Below are positions 1 to 13,183 of a stretch of 64,000 nt of DNA, in pieces. The DNA lies in the NCBI RefSeq assembly GCF_009914755.1, contig NC_060931.1; one strand, given 5' to 3'. The position numbers were made by a program, and so were the translations under genes. The number at the start of each line of letters is the position of its first letter. The first letter of the stretch is position 1. The DNA is from the human T2T-CHM13v2.0 reference genome, Homo sapiens. The notes below the pieces were generated by a model. The model was not told the origin of the DNA and searched no databases. It saw only the letters and a program-made list of their open reading frames with translations.

Positions 1-199
1 AAATTACCATTTAATTTTTTATTCTGTATATAAATTAATATTTCTATGAAACATTAGAAATCAATAAGTCAACTTCATTTTACCCAAGATAAAATTGAAG
101 CCTAGAAAGACTAAATGACTTAAATCACTTAGTGATAAATAAATGCCTACTTTAATAGTGTTAGTAATTATAATATATGATAACAAAGCTGTATGATAT

Positions 200-440
200 G
201 GTGGGAGAGAGTTCAGGCAATTGAGGCAGCCAGACAGAGTTTGTAATGGCTCCCTCCTTTATAAGCTGTGGGGCTTTCAATCAGTCCCCTAACTTCTGGT
301 GCCCTCAGTTCTCTCAATTGTGAAACACTAATTGTTCATAACTTGTAGCGTTGTGTTAAGTTATAGGTGGTGTATGTCAAATGCCTGGCAGCCTAAAGCC
401 TTGCACATCATCGGTATTCTGGGAAAGGGATTGTTATAAT
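200..440 (+). mobile_element. MIR SINE, degenerate
   Basis: agctgtg...cctcagtt...tgtgaaa...gttgtg...atgtcaaatgcctggca resembles the MIR core. Confidence 0.6.
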
Positions 441-699
441 TCTCGTTATTGACCATACACACACAATACTATAATGAAATGCAAAATACATATTAATTGA
501 ACTTCTTGAAGAGTAACATAAATAAAACAGCTACCTACGTTAACTGTAGATCCCCCTCCTTCCCAGTTATTTTTTTCCATATTAAATACCTTACTATGAG
601 AAATATTCCTAAAATATGTTAGTTGACTGTTCTGCCTTAACTAAGAATTCCATAGTGAACATTTTTTTCTTTTTCTCGTTATTACAGTCTTTTTCCTAA

Positions 700-1053
<354 letters not shown>

Positions 1054-1939
1054 TTGAATCTTATTTTTAGCCCTAAAATATATTCAAGAACTTGCATGTA
1101 TTTTTTTCCCAAGCTTTCTTTAAAGACATTTGCATTCTTTCCTAAAAACAGAATGAGAGAGGCGATTCTGACCAATTTATTATCCTGGCTAATTAAATTT
1201 TGATCAACTGAACTTTTAAAATTGTACCATTAAAATGTTAACAAAGCCACAATTTTTATTAACAATTGCAAATCAAATCCGTAATAGTTTTTTAAGGTAA
1301 ATATTCATTGACGTCAACACTTATTTTTTTCTTCTCTTAAAGAAAAATGGTAAATTCAAAACAGTATGAAAAAATTCTTCTAAAATTCCCAGAGATTTCA
1401 TTTCTCATAATTCTAAATGACAGATAAGGAGAAGCAAGGAAAGAATCTCACTCATGTTCTGAAACCGTAGTACATCAGACTACCTCTGTGCCTCCCATGG
1501 TAACAATTGATCAATAAGTGAACACTGCCCTCAGTAATCTAGCAAAGAATATGTTTCTTTCAGAGATTAGTGCGTTATCTTATTAATTATGTCAATAACT
1601 CACACAAAATATAAGTTTATTGGAAATGCAGTTGAAGGATGGTTTATCTTTTAAAGTTTTTGGGAAATACAGGTTTATTGACATTCTCTTTTGAGCATTT
1701 GTCCCATATTACTGAGGGCATGACCTAGGTATTATTGGGAAATCTAAAACTTTCAGAATAAGTCCAATTCCATTCATACTACAGTGGCTTGAAGGATTAA
1801 GTATTCTTATGTTTCAGGAAAAGGACTCTTTTTGCCATATGGTTTGGCAGATAGGCGTGTGTGGGAAAGAGAGAAAGAGGTATTGATTGACGCAGGGAAC
1901 TCTGTTTCAGTCGATGTGACAATATGTCAGTCTTTTAAA

Positions 1940-2720
1940 AATTTAAATAAACTTTTTATTTTGGAATAGTTTTAGATTCACAGAAAAATTATGAAGGTAC
2001 TACAGAGAGTTCCCACATACCCCTCACTTAGTTTCCCCTGTTGTTGACATGTCACGTAACTGCAGTACATTTGTCACAACCGAGGAATCAACACCGGTAC
2101 ATTGCAATTAACTACACTGCACACCCCGTTCAGATTTCATAGTTTTCCTCTAATGTCCTTTTTCTCCTTCAGCAGCCTACCTGGGATAGCACATTACATT
2201 TATTTAGTCGTCATATCTCCTTAGGCACCTCTTGGCTTCAACAGTTTCTCAGACTTTTTATTTTTGATGACCTTGACAGTTTTGAGGAGTACTGGTTAAG
2301 TATTTTGTAGAATATTTCTCAAGTGGGGTTTATCTGATGTTTTCACATGGTTAGACTAGGGATATCGGTTTTTGGAGAAATATTAAAAAGGTGATACACC
2401 CTTCAGTGAGATTATATCGTATTGAGAGTAGTATAAGCTATAGACATGACTTATTACTGATGATGCTGACTTTGAATACCTGGCCAAAGTAGTGCTTCTC
2501 AGGTTTCTCCACTGCAAAAGTTATTCCCCCCAACCTTTCTATACTCTTTGGAATTAAATCACAAAGCACAGCCCACACTCAACGAGTGGGTAATTAAACT
2601 CCACCTCCTTGAAAGGCAACTATCACATAAATTATTTGGAATTCTTCTGCATGAGAGATTTGTCTCTTTTCCCCAATTTATTTATCAATTATTTATATTA
2701 GTATGAACTCAGGAATCTTC
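1940..2720 (-). mobile_element. L1MC-type LINE-1 3' end
   Basis: ttttattttggaatagttttagattcacagaaaaatt...gagttcccacatacccctcac...ttttgatgaccttgacagttttgaggagtactgg is typical of an antisense L1MC 3'UTR. Confidence 0.8.
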
Positions 2721-3254
2721 AATCTTTTTCCAAGTCTTAATCAGTGCTATCCAAGAGACATATTTACATTTTTATGAAAGTCGATAAAATTTGGAACATT
2801 TTACATGGTGCAGATGAATACCATTTTATGTTGGATACGATAGTATATTCTATGGTTTCCTCAAAATTTATCTTCCTGTTAATGTCAGGCATGTATCTCC
2901 TTAGCTTGCCACAAATAACTATATATACCACAGACCTTCCTTTGTAGGGCTAACAGTGTTGCATTGTAAGTGGAGGCCTCATAGATACCTGGCCTTTTCC
3001 TACCTTATTCCAAAGATGGTTGCATCTTATAAATAATGTCATTCTTCAGCAAATGGTATGGAAATGAGATTGTAATGTCATTATTTCCTCTTTAAATAAT
3101 CAGGACAACTCATGATACAAAGAGCTCTTCTCTATAAAAGGTGGGACTTTTTTTTTTAGTAATAGCAAAAATAAAATTGTACCTCCTTAATCTTCTACAG
3201 AAAGATGGATTTCATTTTCAACATTAAGAGGTAGTTTTAAGAAGCAGTAGAAGT

Positions 3255-3448
3255 CAGCCTGGGCAGCATGGTGAAACCCCGTCTCTACAAAAAAGTTAGC
3301 TGGGCTTAGTAGTTGCAATCCCAGCTACTCTGGAGGCTGAGGTTGGAGATCATCTGAGCCTGGGGAGGTCGAGGCTGCAGTGATACAGTGAGCCGTGATT
3401 GTGCCACTCCAGCCTGGTTGACAGAGTGAGACCCTGCCAAAAAAAAAG
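3255..3448 (+). mobile_element. AluJ, 5'-truncated
   Basis: cagcctgggcagcatggtgaaacccc...gaggtcgaggctgcagtga...gagaccctg followed by an A tail. Confidence 0.9.
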
Positions 3449-3653
3449 AAAGGGAGAAGGAGAAGGAAGCAATAAGAGGAAGAAGAAGAAGGAGGAGGAG
3501 GAGGAGAAGGAGGAAGAAGAAAGAAGAAGAAAGAAGAGGAAGAAGAAGAAAGGAAGAAGGAAGAAGGAGAAGGAGGAGAAGGAGAAAAAGAGGAAGAGGA
3601 AGAAGAAGAAGAGGAAGAAGAAGAAGAAAAGAAGAAGCAGCAATAAAAGGAAA
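3439..3653 (+). repeat. GAA/GGA polypurine low-complexity tract grown from the Alu tail
   Basis: 3474-3637 contains only A and G. Confidence 0.95.
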
Positions 3654-3876
3654 CCAATCTTCTTTTGGAGGGGAAAAGTGCCCAAGAATCTCATAATTTT
3701 ACTTCTCATTAGCGAAAGCTCACTGCATGCTAAAAGGTAAATTTGATGAGTGGATGTCATTCAGTTTCCTTTGGGAAAGACACAATCAAAACAAAAAACA
3801 ACTTATTTAGTCTTTGCAAGAAACTTGAATATAATTCCTTGTCAAGAATTTACCCAATCCCAATTTTCACCCTTAC

Positions 3877-3899
3877 AATAAATAAATAAATAAATAAAT
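3877..3899 (+). repeat. (TAAA)n microsatellite
   Basis: aataaataaataaataaataaat. Confidence 0.9.
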
Positions 3900-5799
3900 G
3901 TCTTACAATCAAAGCTAAAGCAAAGGATAATTGCATCCAGAACAAACCGTCAGTTGCCCAGCCCCAACAGAGAGCTTGCAAGTCACTACCCAGGCCAGAA
4001 AGGGAGTCAGACAACAGAGCATTTCAGAGGTCAGTTAAGGAGACAGGTTCCAACTTAGGACTGCTGCCAGGGATGTACAATCCAGTGTCTGACATCTGGG
4101 TTCTACAGCTGCCAAATCTGCCCCTTGTGTGGCCACAGGTGTTGGCTATAACTCTGAGGCACATTGGAGAAGGAACAGGGTAATGTCAACGTCATTGTGC
4201 ATATGTGTGTTTATGTGTATGGTTTTTCTTTTAATTTTTTCAAAAGGTACATAATTAATTTTGTTTTAAAATGAATGTATTTCTACATAATGGCTGGGAA
4301 CATTCGGGAGGCTAGCAAAGAAGAAGCTTTTGTTCAAGAACAAGGGCAAAACAAAGCTGAATTTTTACACCTACAGGGTACATTGTACGCTAACATGTTG
4401 TGTGTGATATTGTTAACTTAGTCATTTGAATAGGCCTTCTCAGGACAAAAATAAATAAATAAATGGATGCCGAAACGCACACAGGCAGTTGGTATAAGAT
4501 GAAACCTAAATACTCATTCTCTTCCTGTAGGCTTCTCCCCTCATCCTTCTTTTGGATCTTCAGGAGAATTTGTGTTTATCCACACATATTTTTGAGCCTG
4601 GAACAGACTAGACTGTATGTAGTCTTCTATCTCACACTATACCAGTTGTAGCCATCAATTAACACAGCTTAAAACAGGAACACTAAACTTTCCTCTTCTT
4701 TTTGCAGGAAACTTAGCTACTGTCTGTAAAGCAAATCTGGAAGTTTCTACCTCAGGTAGCTGTTTGAGTTTCCTAACCCTAAAGATGTAGGCAACCCTAA
4801 AGATGTAGAAGAAATGAAGATGATTTAGAGAATGGAATGATCCCGGTAAGAAACTTAAAGAACAGATGGTCAGTAGGTTAGAGAAAAAAAATACAGGTCT
4901 ATAGCTCCACAAATTAATTGGATATTTCTTCCATGTTTTGCCTATTCCATATCCTGAAATTAGAAATTGAACTTCAAGGAGGAGGAAGGAATCTACATAT
5001 TTTATGTTCATATTGAATCCCTTCTAAAGAGAAATGCTTCAGTCCTTGGGCCAATGTCTGTCCTGCTTTTAAAACTAATGTGACCTGCAGTGTTTTTTCA
5101 CTGTATCCTCTATATATTCCACCAGCCAAGATTTCTGACAGGTTATAGTTTTTGTTTTCTATTACAAAGATCATAGGTAAATTGAATGCACTTTTTCAAA
5201 GATTAACCCCCATCCCCTATTTCACTTAAGAATCAGTGCTCTGACTGGGCTTGTGCTTAGCACATGATAAATCCTCAGTCAGGATTTGTTGAATGAATGA
5301 GTGAACCAATGAAATCAATCATTAAGTTATTTATACAGGAGATTTCCCAAAAGCAAAGGAATAGAATTTAAAAACTTTTGTCATTTCTCCAGCCTTGGGA
5401 AGAACTGTGTTTGTGCAGTTGAAAATAATGCTTAGCTCACCAGGCCTCTACAAATTGTGCCTTTTATCTGTTTTGGGTATTTTCCATGTTTCTCAGGTTG
5501 TGTTTTCCTCTGCCCGTAATGACTACGTATGTCTTCATGATGAGTAAGAGCTGATTCTAGACAATACAGTGTATGTTGGTCCGAGGTTTTATCTAGCTGC
5601 CAAGTTTCCCTTGTGTGTTCTTGGTTATGGTAGTGTGTATTCCTGTCCCAGAATTTATTAGTCCTATCTGACCTGTCCTTGAAAAATGTTTTCCTTTTTC
5701 ATTTGCTTGCCTCCAAGCACATTTGAGTATTTTTAATGACCTTGTTTTTTTTTAAAAAAAGGTTTTTCCAGGAGCAGTAGTGCACCTTTGTTTCAGTAC

Positions 5800-7780
5800 T
5801 CTCCTACATCGCTGTCCTACATTTCCTACTCAGCCAGTTCTATCCCTTCGTCATACAAACATGTTTAGCGCTTTCCTGTCTAACTCCAACTATCAACTCT
5901 TTTTTCTTTCTCTTTAGAGTCGAGCTTCTTGAGAGAGTGGTCTATATTTGTGCCTCCAGTTTCTTACTTTTTATTCATTGTCAACTTCTGCAATCTGATT
6001 TTGCGTCCCTCATTAGAACCTCCCCTGAACTGGTTTATACTCGGCCCACCTCTAAAGCCTGCCAAATGCCTTTATCTCTTTTTTTTTTTTTGAGGTGAAG
6101 TTTCACTCTGTCCCCCAGGCTGGAGGGCAATGGCACAATCGCACAATCTCAGCTCACTGCAATCTCCACCTCCCAGGTTCAAGCGATTCTTCTGCCTCAG
6201 CCTCCCAAGTAGTTAGGATTACAGGCATGTGCCACCACACCTGGCTAATTTTTTTTTTTTTTTGTATTTAGTAGAGACGGGTTTTCACCATGTTGGTCAG
6301 GCTGGTCTCGAGCTCCTGACCGCCGGTGATCGACTCGCCTTGGCCTCCCAAAGTGCTGGGATTACAGGCATTAGCCACCATGCCCAGGCTATCTCTCTTT
6401 GAGGCAATTAATCACTATTGATTAATCCTACTCTCTTGAAATTGTCTTCCACCCTTGATGTCTATGACACCTTTTCTGGTGTTCCTTCCATCTCTGTAAC
6501 CATTCCATTTTAGACCTTTGGGGACTTGTTTTCACTTCTACTTGTAAAATTTTGGTGTTCTTCAGAATTCTGCCTCTGCCTCTCTTCTCTACCTTTTCTT
6601 TTGCCTACATAATCATATCCATGTCTTATCTGCATAATCAATCTTCAGCCCAGAACTCTCTCAAGTTCCATATCCATATACATAATTTGCTATCAAATAT
6701 CTCCCTTGACCCTTGTTCTCAGCTTCTATAACAGATCACAGTAGCTGCTATTTTTATTTGCTCTACACTCTTTTTCATCTCTCTCCCCTCTGCCCACTTT
6801 CCTTTGAGGAATTCTGCACCACTTTATGTAGTCCTGTTGGGAGCTGTGATACTTATGGCCATTTCTATACCACAAGGTGATAAACACGTAACCTAGCCTA
6901 GTCCAAGTATCATCCATCAACCAGTACATAGATTTTAGGAGAAAGAAACACCTATTTTGCTGGGTTACTACTGACAGCCATCCTTCCCTCCATGTTTCAT
7001 AGTCTTGACCATATTATTTGAGGCCCTGGATTACCCAAGCAAGAAATCTAAGAATCTATCCATTCTTCTTTCTTACCTCCATACTCAATTGATGATAAAC
7101 TTTTGTTAATTATACATCTAAAAGATTTGTCTGTCAAATATGTACTCCAGACCTGCTACTACTCCTGCTTCAGTCCCGGTCTTTATCATTTCACCCAACT
7201 GATCTCCCTACATCCAGTTAAGCCTCCCTCCCATCCGTCCTCTACACTAAAGCCAGATGAAATATATTAAGAAATACAGATAAATTCCTCAGGGCTTCTG
7301 TGGTGTCTCTGGAAAATTGAGGCATTTTAAGGCAAACAAGGGCCCCCCACCTGCCTCTCCAGCCTCCGCAAATGATATTGCAATTCATATATTCTGTGTT
7401 CTTGCCCTATTGAGCAATGCCCTGCACCATTTAACATGCCATAATTTCTTTGATTATCCTTATATTCTATTTCCTTTCCCTGGAATGCCCTGACCTTCCC
7501 TTCTTCACCCAGCTAAATCCTATTACAAGACTTTTTTTTTCTGTATCATCTCCTCTAGGAGTCTTCCTTTATTTTTGCTGAGCTGCACTGATCTCTTTCC
7601 ATGTTTTTGTGCTAACCTGTGCTCCCCTCTTTGAAGGTTCTTGATCCATAGTATTGTAATTGTTTGTTCCCTGTCTGATTCATAACTCTGAATTGATACC
7701 AACATATAGACTTCTGTGCTTAACATGATGCCTGACATACAGCGTGTGCTCGGTAAAATTTGTCCAGTAGGTGAATGATT
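5800..7780 (+). mobile_element. L2 LINE, fragmented and interrupted by an Alu
   Basis: L2-like motifs (tgcaatctgatttt, ctctcttgaaattgtcttcc, tccctggaatgccct) and an L2 3' end tgcctgacata...gctcggtaaaatttgt...gaatga. Confidence 0.65.
6079..6389 (-). mobile_element. AluS, full length
   Basis: Antisense Alu; short TSD tatctct; 8-nt internal duplication gcacaatc. Confidence 0.95.
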
Positions 7781-8110
7781 GAGTCACTATTGATTCAAGG
7801 AAATACATGAGTTTATATGCCATCTATATTAGACTATTAGATGTTGCCCTTGTGTCTGTGTTGGAAGCCTTTAAGGAAACCTTTCAGATATCCCTATTAG
7901 AATATGCTACATTTCTTTAATGCTCCCAAACATATCTTGTATTCTAAATAAATTAGCTTTTTAAATTTCTACCCCTTTTGTTTGGTGACCTGTATCAGCA
8001 TTAATACAATAAAGACATTTTATATTTATTATAATCTTTCAGACAGTGTTAAGTCTTCAGATTAAATTTTTGGGATGTAAGTTACTATGAATCTATGTAT
8101 TAATATTATT

Positions 8111-8400
8111 ATTTTAGACACAGGGTCTTGCTCTGTTGCTCCCAGGCTGGAGTGCAGTGGTGTGATAATAGCTCACTGCAGACTCCAAATTCCTGGGCTC
8201 AAGTGATCCTCCTACCTCAGCTTCCCCAGTGGCTGAGACTATAGGCACCTGCCACCATGCCTGGCTAATATTTTAATTTTTGTAGAGATGGGATCTCACT
8301 TTATTGCCCAGGCTGGTCATGAACTCCTGGCTTTAAGCAATCCTCCTGCTTTAGCCTCCCAAAGTACTAGGATTATAGGCATTGAGCCACCATGGCTGGC
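8111..8400 (-). mobile_element. AluJ
   Basis: AluJ diagnostics (atagctcactgcag, tcctgggctcaagtgatcctcc); TSD atctatgtatta. Confidence 0.92.
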
Positions 8401-8442
8401 TGGATCTATGTATTATAACTTCAGTTTTATTTTTTGGTTTAC

Positions 8443-8758
<316 letters not shown>

Positions 8759-9352
8759 TATTTTTTTGGCTTATTTTAATATCTACCTGGGAAGACCTTT
8801 CTTCCTCCTTCTATTAAATTAACATTATTTAATGCCAATTAAGTTACATGGCTCTTTTCAAAGCATGGACTTGAATAGATTTAAATATGTACCATAAAAT
8901 GGAATACCTGATTTTTTAATGGGCTGTAGCATTTTGTTTTTATGTAATCTAACCTTACTGAAGGATTTGGAAATGTTAACCCTTTTGGTGATGGCCCATA
9001 TTGAAAGATAAGCTCATTTTGCTTTTGAGGAAAAATAACAATTATTTGAGAAAGGAAAACCACAATTTTGATTTTTCATGCAATCAAAACAGGTTCTAAA
9101 ATATTCTTTAACTGGTCCATTTATTTGATAGCCAGTTTACTGACTGAATTTAACTTTTTAATTTCTGTAATGGATTATAATGATTTTGTGCACTATTAGT
9201 TAACTGAATTTCTAACTAGTGTGGTTACCACATTAGTTATTGCAACCTCTTCATGGGTCCCCTTCTCTCCCAAGATGCAAGTGCAGGTATGCAATACATC
9301 ATTTTCAATAAATGGGGAATAGTAGCCAATCTCTTAAAACTTTGATTTAGCC

Positions 9353-9429
9353 AAGAAGAAGAAGGAGGAGGAGGAGGAGGAGGGGGAGGGGGAGGGGAGG
9401 GGGAGGGGGAGGAGGAGGAGGAGAAGAAA
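9353..9429 (+). repeat. Polypurine GAA/GGA/GGGGGA repeat
   Basis: Direct reading. Confidence 0.95.
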
Positions 9430-9495
9430 CCCTGTTGTTGGTTAACAAAATTCTCATTTCTGTTACCTAAATAACAAGTTGCAAATACTTTGTAA

Positions 9496-9867
<372 letters not shown>

Positions 9868-11759
9868 TTTTGACTAAAATGCTAGATTAAATTAGTGTCA
9901 GGGGTCAATAGTTTCTTCTTTTCCAAATTGAAAGACTACCTGCTGAAACTCTCTATACCCACCTTAGGTTTCCCACCTGAGTAATTTTAAGCGACTCTAA
10001 GTTTCTACGCTTGGCAATATTTAACTATCAGAGAGTGGTTGTAGGAATTAAACCCCCTTTAAGCAAACCAGTTGTCTTCTGGGTGTAGGTTATTTCCATT
10101 CAGGCTTGTTTCCATTGGGGCTTTTCTAGTATATGTAGAGATACACCTGAGGCATGATTTCTTTTTTATGTGGATTGTGATGAGGGCCTCATTTCCCAGT
10201 GAAATTTCTAACCACTCTAGGGGGCGAGACCACTGGGCTTGCTGCTTTTGTTGTGTTGAAGTACAGCAAATGTGATATCCTTCAGCCTGGGTGTGCTTTC
10301 TTATGCTTGTTAAATACAGAGTGCCAGAAAATGTACCCTAAGCATGACAAAACATAATACACAAAAGACAAGTTCTGTATCCTTAGCACTTTTCATTCTA
10401 GAGTCTAATATTACAGGTAGCAGTAACAGTATCAAGTTGACCACCAAAGACAGGTTTGATCATCATGAAATGCCAAGTAAGTGAGCCAGTTTAAATGAAA
10501 GTCAGGGAAGGAGGTGATTCAGAGGCCAAGCACTGGTTATTCAGAGCATCCAAGAAAATTTGTTGGGGCTAGTTTATTATTTTTTTAATTACCTTGCCTG
10601 GAGTGTGTGATTTATAATGCAACAAGATATAGAAAGAATGGACAAATGGACAGGGGTGGTGGTGATAAAACAGAATGCAAAGCTGCAGCACCTAGACATG
10701 AAGCCATATTCTCGTCACTAGCCTGGAAATAATGAACTATTGAGTACATGTCTCCTTTTTGGCCCCATTCTCACTATTGAACCTTATTTCCCACAGGGCC
10801 CAGTCAAGCCAACCTCTTTTACACCTACTCATTCCTTATCTCCTTTCTGGTGCCATGTCACTCCTCTGTTGATGGTATTGCTCCCTCTTTTGGTCTTATA
10901 TCCTGCCTGCACACATACTAACGGTCACTGCAGCTCCGTTTTCAGCCCCCTCATGAATGTGTTCTCCAGGAATGGCCGACACATGTCATCTCAGAGCCCC
11001 TCTGGCTCTGGCATTCGGATTTTCCCACTGTTTCTTCCACTTGTTTTCTCACAATATTGTGTGATGAATCTTAACTCTCTAAGTACATTGTAAGATATGT
11101 AAGGGCAAGCTGATTATGATTTTATGTAATAAAACACATTGCACACAGCAGGTGCTCAATGAATATCTGACTTCCAAACATTATTGGAGTTGTTGGATCT
11201 CAAATGATTGACCGCCTATGTTAGTGTCAAAGGTCTTCAATGCCGAAGTAAGATGTGTTATCACCACTGTCACTAGAGGGGGATTACCTTCCCTCCTCCC
11301 CACCTCTTTCCCACTCCCTGTTTAAATGTGTTCTTTAGTATATGCTCCTTCCCCTAAAGCAGATCCTCTCCCAGAGATGCACCTCTTATAATCAAAGTTT
11401 TGAAGCTCACGATTGATTGTAGAACTATTTCATCATCATTAGAAATGGTTAAGTGCTGCCCCTTTTCTTCTTTGTCATTTAACAATTTAATTATGTGTCA
11501 CTTCAGCTTAGGTTTGAAGCATAGTATTTTTCCCATAGGAGGTACTCAATAAAATCTGGATGGATGGATGGGCAGACAGATATAAGTGGGGTTGTATCCA
11601 TTATACCTGCACCACAGATGGCCACAGACCTATGAACATATCATTTGCTCCAAATTGTATGGTAGGTCTTCATGACACTTTCAGTGTATCCGCATACTAC
11701 TTCATTTCCCCTTGAAATGAAGGACAGTTGACAAAGTGGATGTGGTGGGTTGGTATTTA

Positions 11760-11862
11760 GCAATAGTAATAATAGTTTTTTTAGCTTACATTTGCTGAGT
11801 TCTTAGGTACCAAGCACTGTTCTAAATGCTTTACATATATTACTTATCTTTTAAAACCCTAT
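11760..11862 (-). mobile_element. MIR fragment
   Basis: agcttacatttgctgag...ccaagcactgttctaaatgctttacatatatt. Confidence 0.65.
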
Positions 11863-12327
11863 TATTGCCAAAAGTAGAAATAACCCTTGTCCTGATATCA
11901 GTTGATGAATGGCTAAATAAAATGTGAAATGTTTATACAATGGAATATTATTCAGCCACAAAAAAGGAATAAAGTTATAATACATGCTACAACATGGATG
12001 AATCTTTAAAACGTTATTCTAAGTGAAATAAGCCAGACATAAAAGGACAAATATTGTGTTATTCAACTTATATGAAATATCTAGAATTTGCATCTCTATG
12101 TGTACTCATAAAGATGGTAATTTGATTATAAATTACCAAGGACTTTAGTGGGAGGGATGGCAGTTATTACTTAATGGGTACAGTTTCCGTTTGGGGAGAT
12201 GAAAAATTTTGGAAATAGTGGTAATGGTTGCACAACATTGTGAATGTAATTAATGCCACTGAACTGTACACTTAAAAATGGTTAAAATGGCAAATTTTGT
12301 TATATATATTATACCACAGTAAAAAAC
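11863..12327 (+). mobile_element. L1MB 3' end
   Basis: atacaatggaatattattcagcc...gctacaacatggatgaatc...aatgccactgaactgtacacttaaaaatggttaa. Confidence 0.9.
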
Positions 12328-12893
12328 AGTTTTGCAAAACTCTATTCCTAACCTAATTTTAATTTGACTATATCTGGAATGTTTAAACAAATAGGAGTTG
12401 TGTATACTAACATAATGAGAAGTCTAGGAGGGTGCTGTGGCACTGGTTCAGGGTCATCCTCTCCTCGAATCTCTTGGCTGACCATCCACAGGCCTTTCCT
12501 GAGTGCTTATTATTTAGCAATAACCTCCTACAATTTAGAAGGAATAGAGTATATGATGGAGGAACAAGGGTCAAGTCACTGTAACCCAAGTATTCTCAAT
12601 GGGAAGACTGGTTTTGGGGAGACCAAAAATATCTTAAATATTAAATGGTTTGTGGCCCTCCAAGGCTCATCCCTACCCAACAAATCTTTTCCCTTAGTAT
12701 TTAATTCTCTCATAAGAGAGTATTTAAATTAAATTCTTTTTTCTTTTTTGGAGAAGAGTAATGAAAAAAAATTGAGAAATACTTTTGTAGCCTAAGGAAG
12801 AAGGTGGAGCAAGGGATATTTTTCAGAGAAGGTGAGAAGTACTGTTTCCTAAAATGAGATGATACAGTTCTGTAGAATATGAATGGTGAGTGA

Positions 12894-13183
12894 TTTTTTT
12901 TTTTTTTTTCTGAGACAGGGTCTTGCTCTGTCACTCAGGCTGGAGTGCAGTGGCTCCATCATGTCTCACTGCAGCCTCAACCTCCTGGGCTCAAGTGATC
13001 CTCCTACCTCCTGAGTAGCTGGGATTGCAGGCGCATGACACCACGCCCAGGTAGTTTCTTTTATTTTTTATAGAGACAGGGTCTGACTATGTTCCCTAGG
13101 CTGGTCTTGAACTCCTGGGCTCAAGTGATCCACCTCAACCTCCCAAAGTGCTAGGATTATAGGCATGAGCCACCATGCCTGGC
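12894..13183 (-). mobile_element. AluJ
   Basis: AluJ diagnostics; TSD gtgagtga. Confidence 0.93.

Noticed and set aside
3160-3200. AATAAA as the 3' end of an upstream gene
   Set aside because: The hexamer is common in AT-rich DNA and no linked terminal exon was identified.
3325-3760. Three overlapping 110-136 aa ORFs (poly-K/E/R and poly-F/S)
   Set aside because: Artefacts of the stop-free GAA/GGA tract plus Alu sequence.
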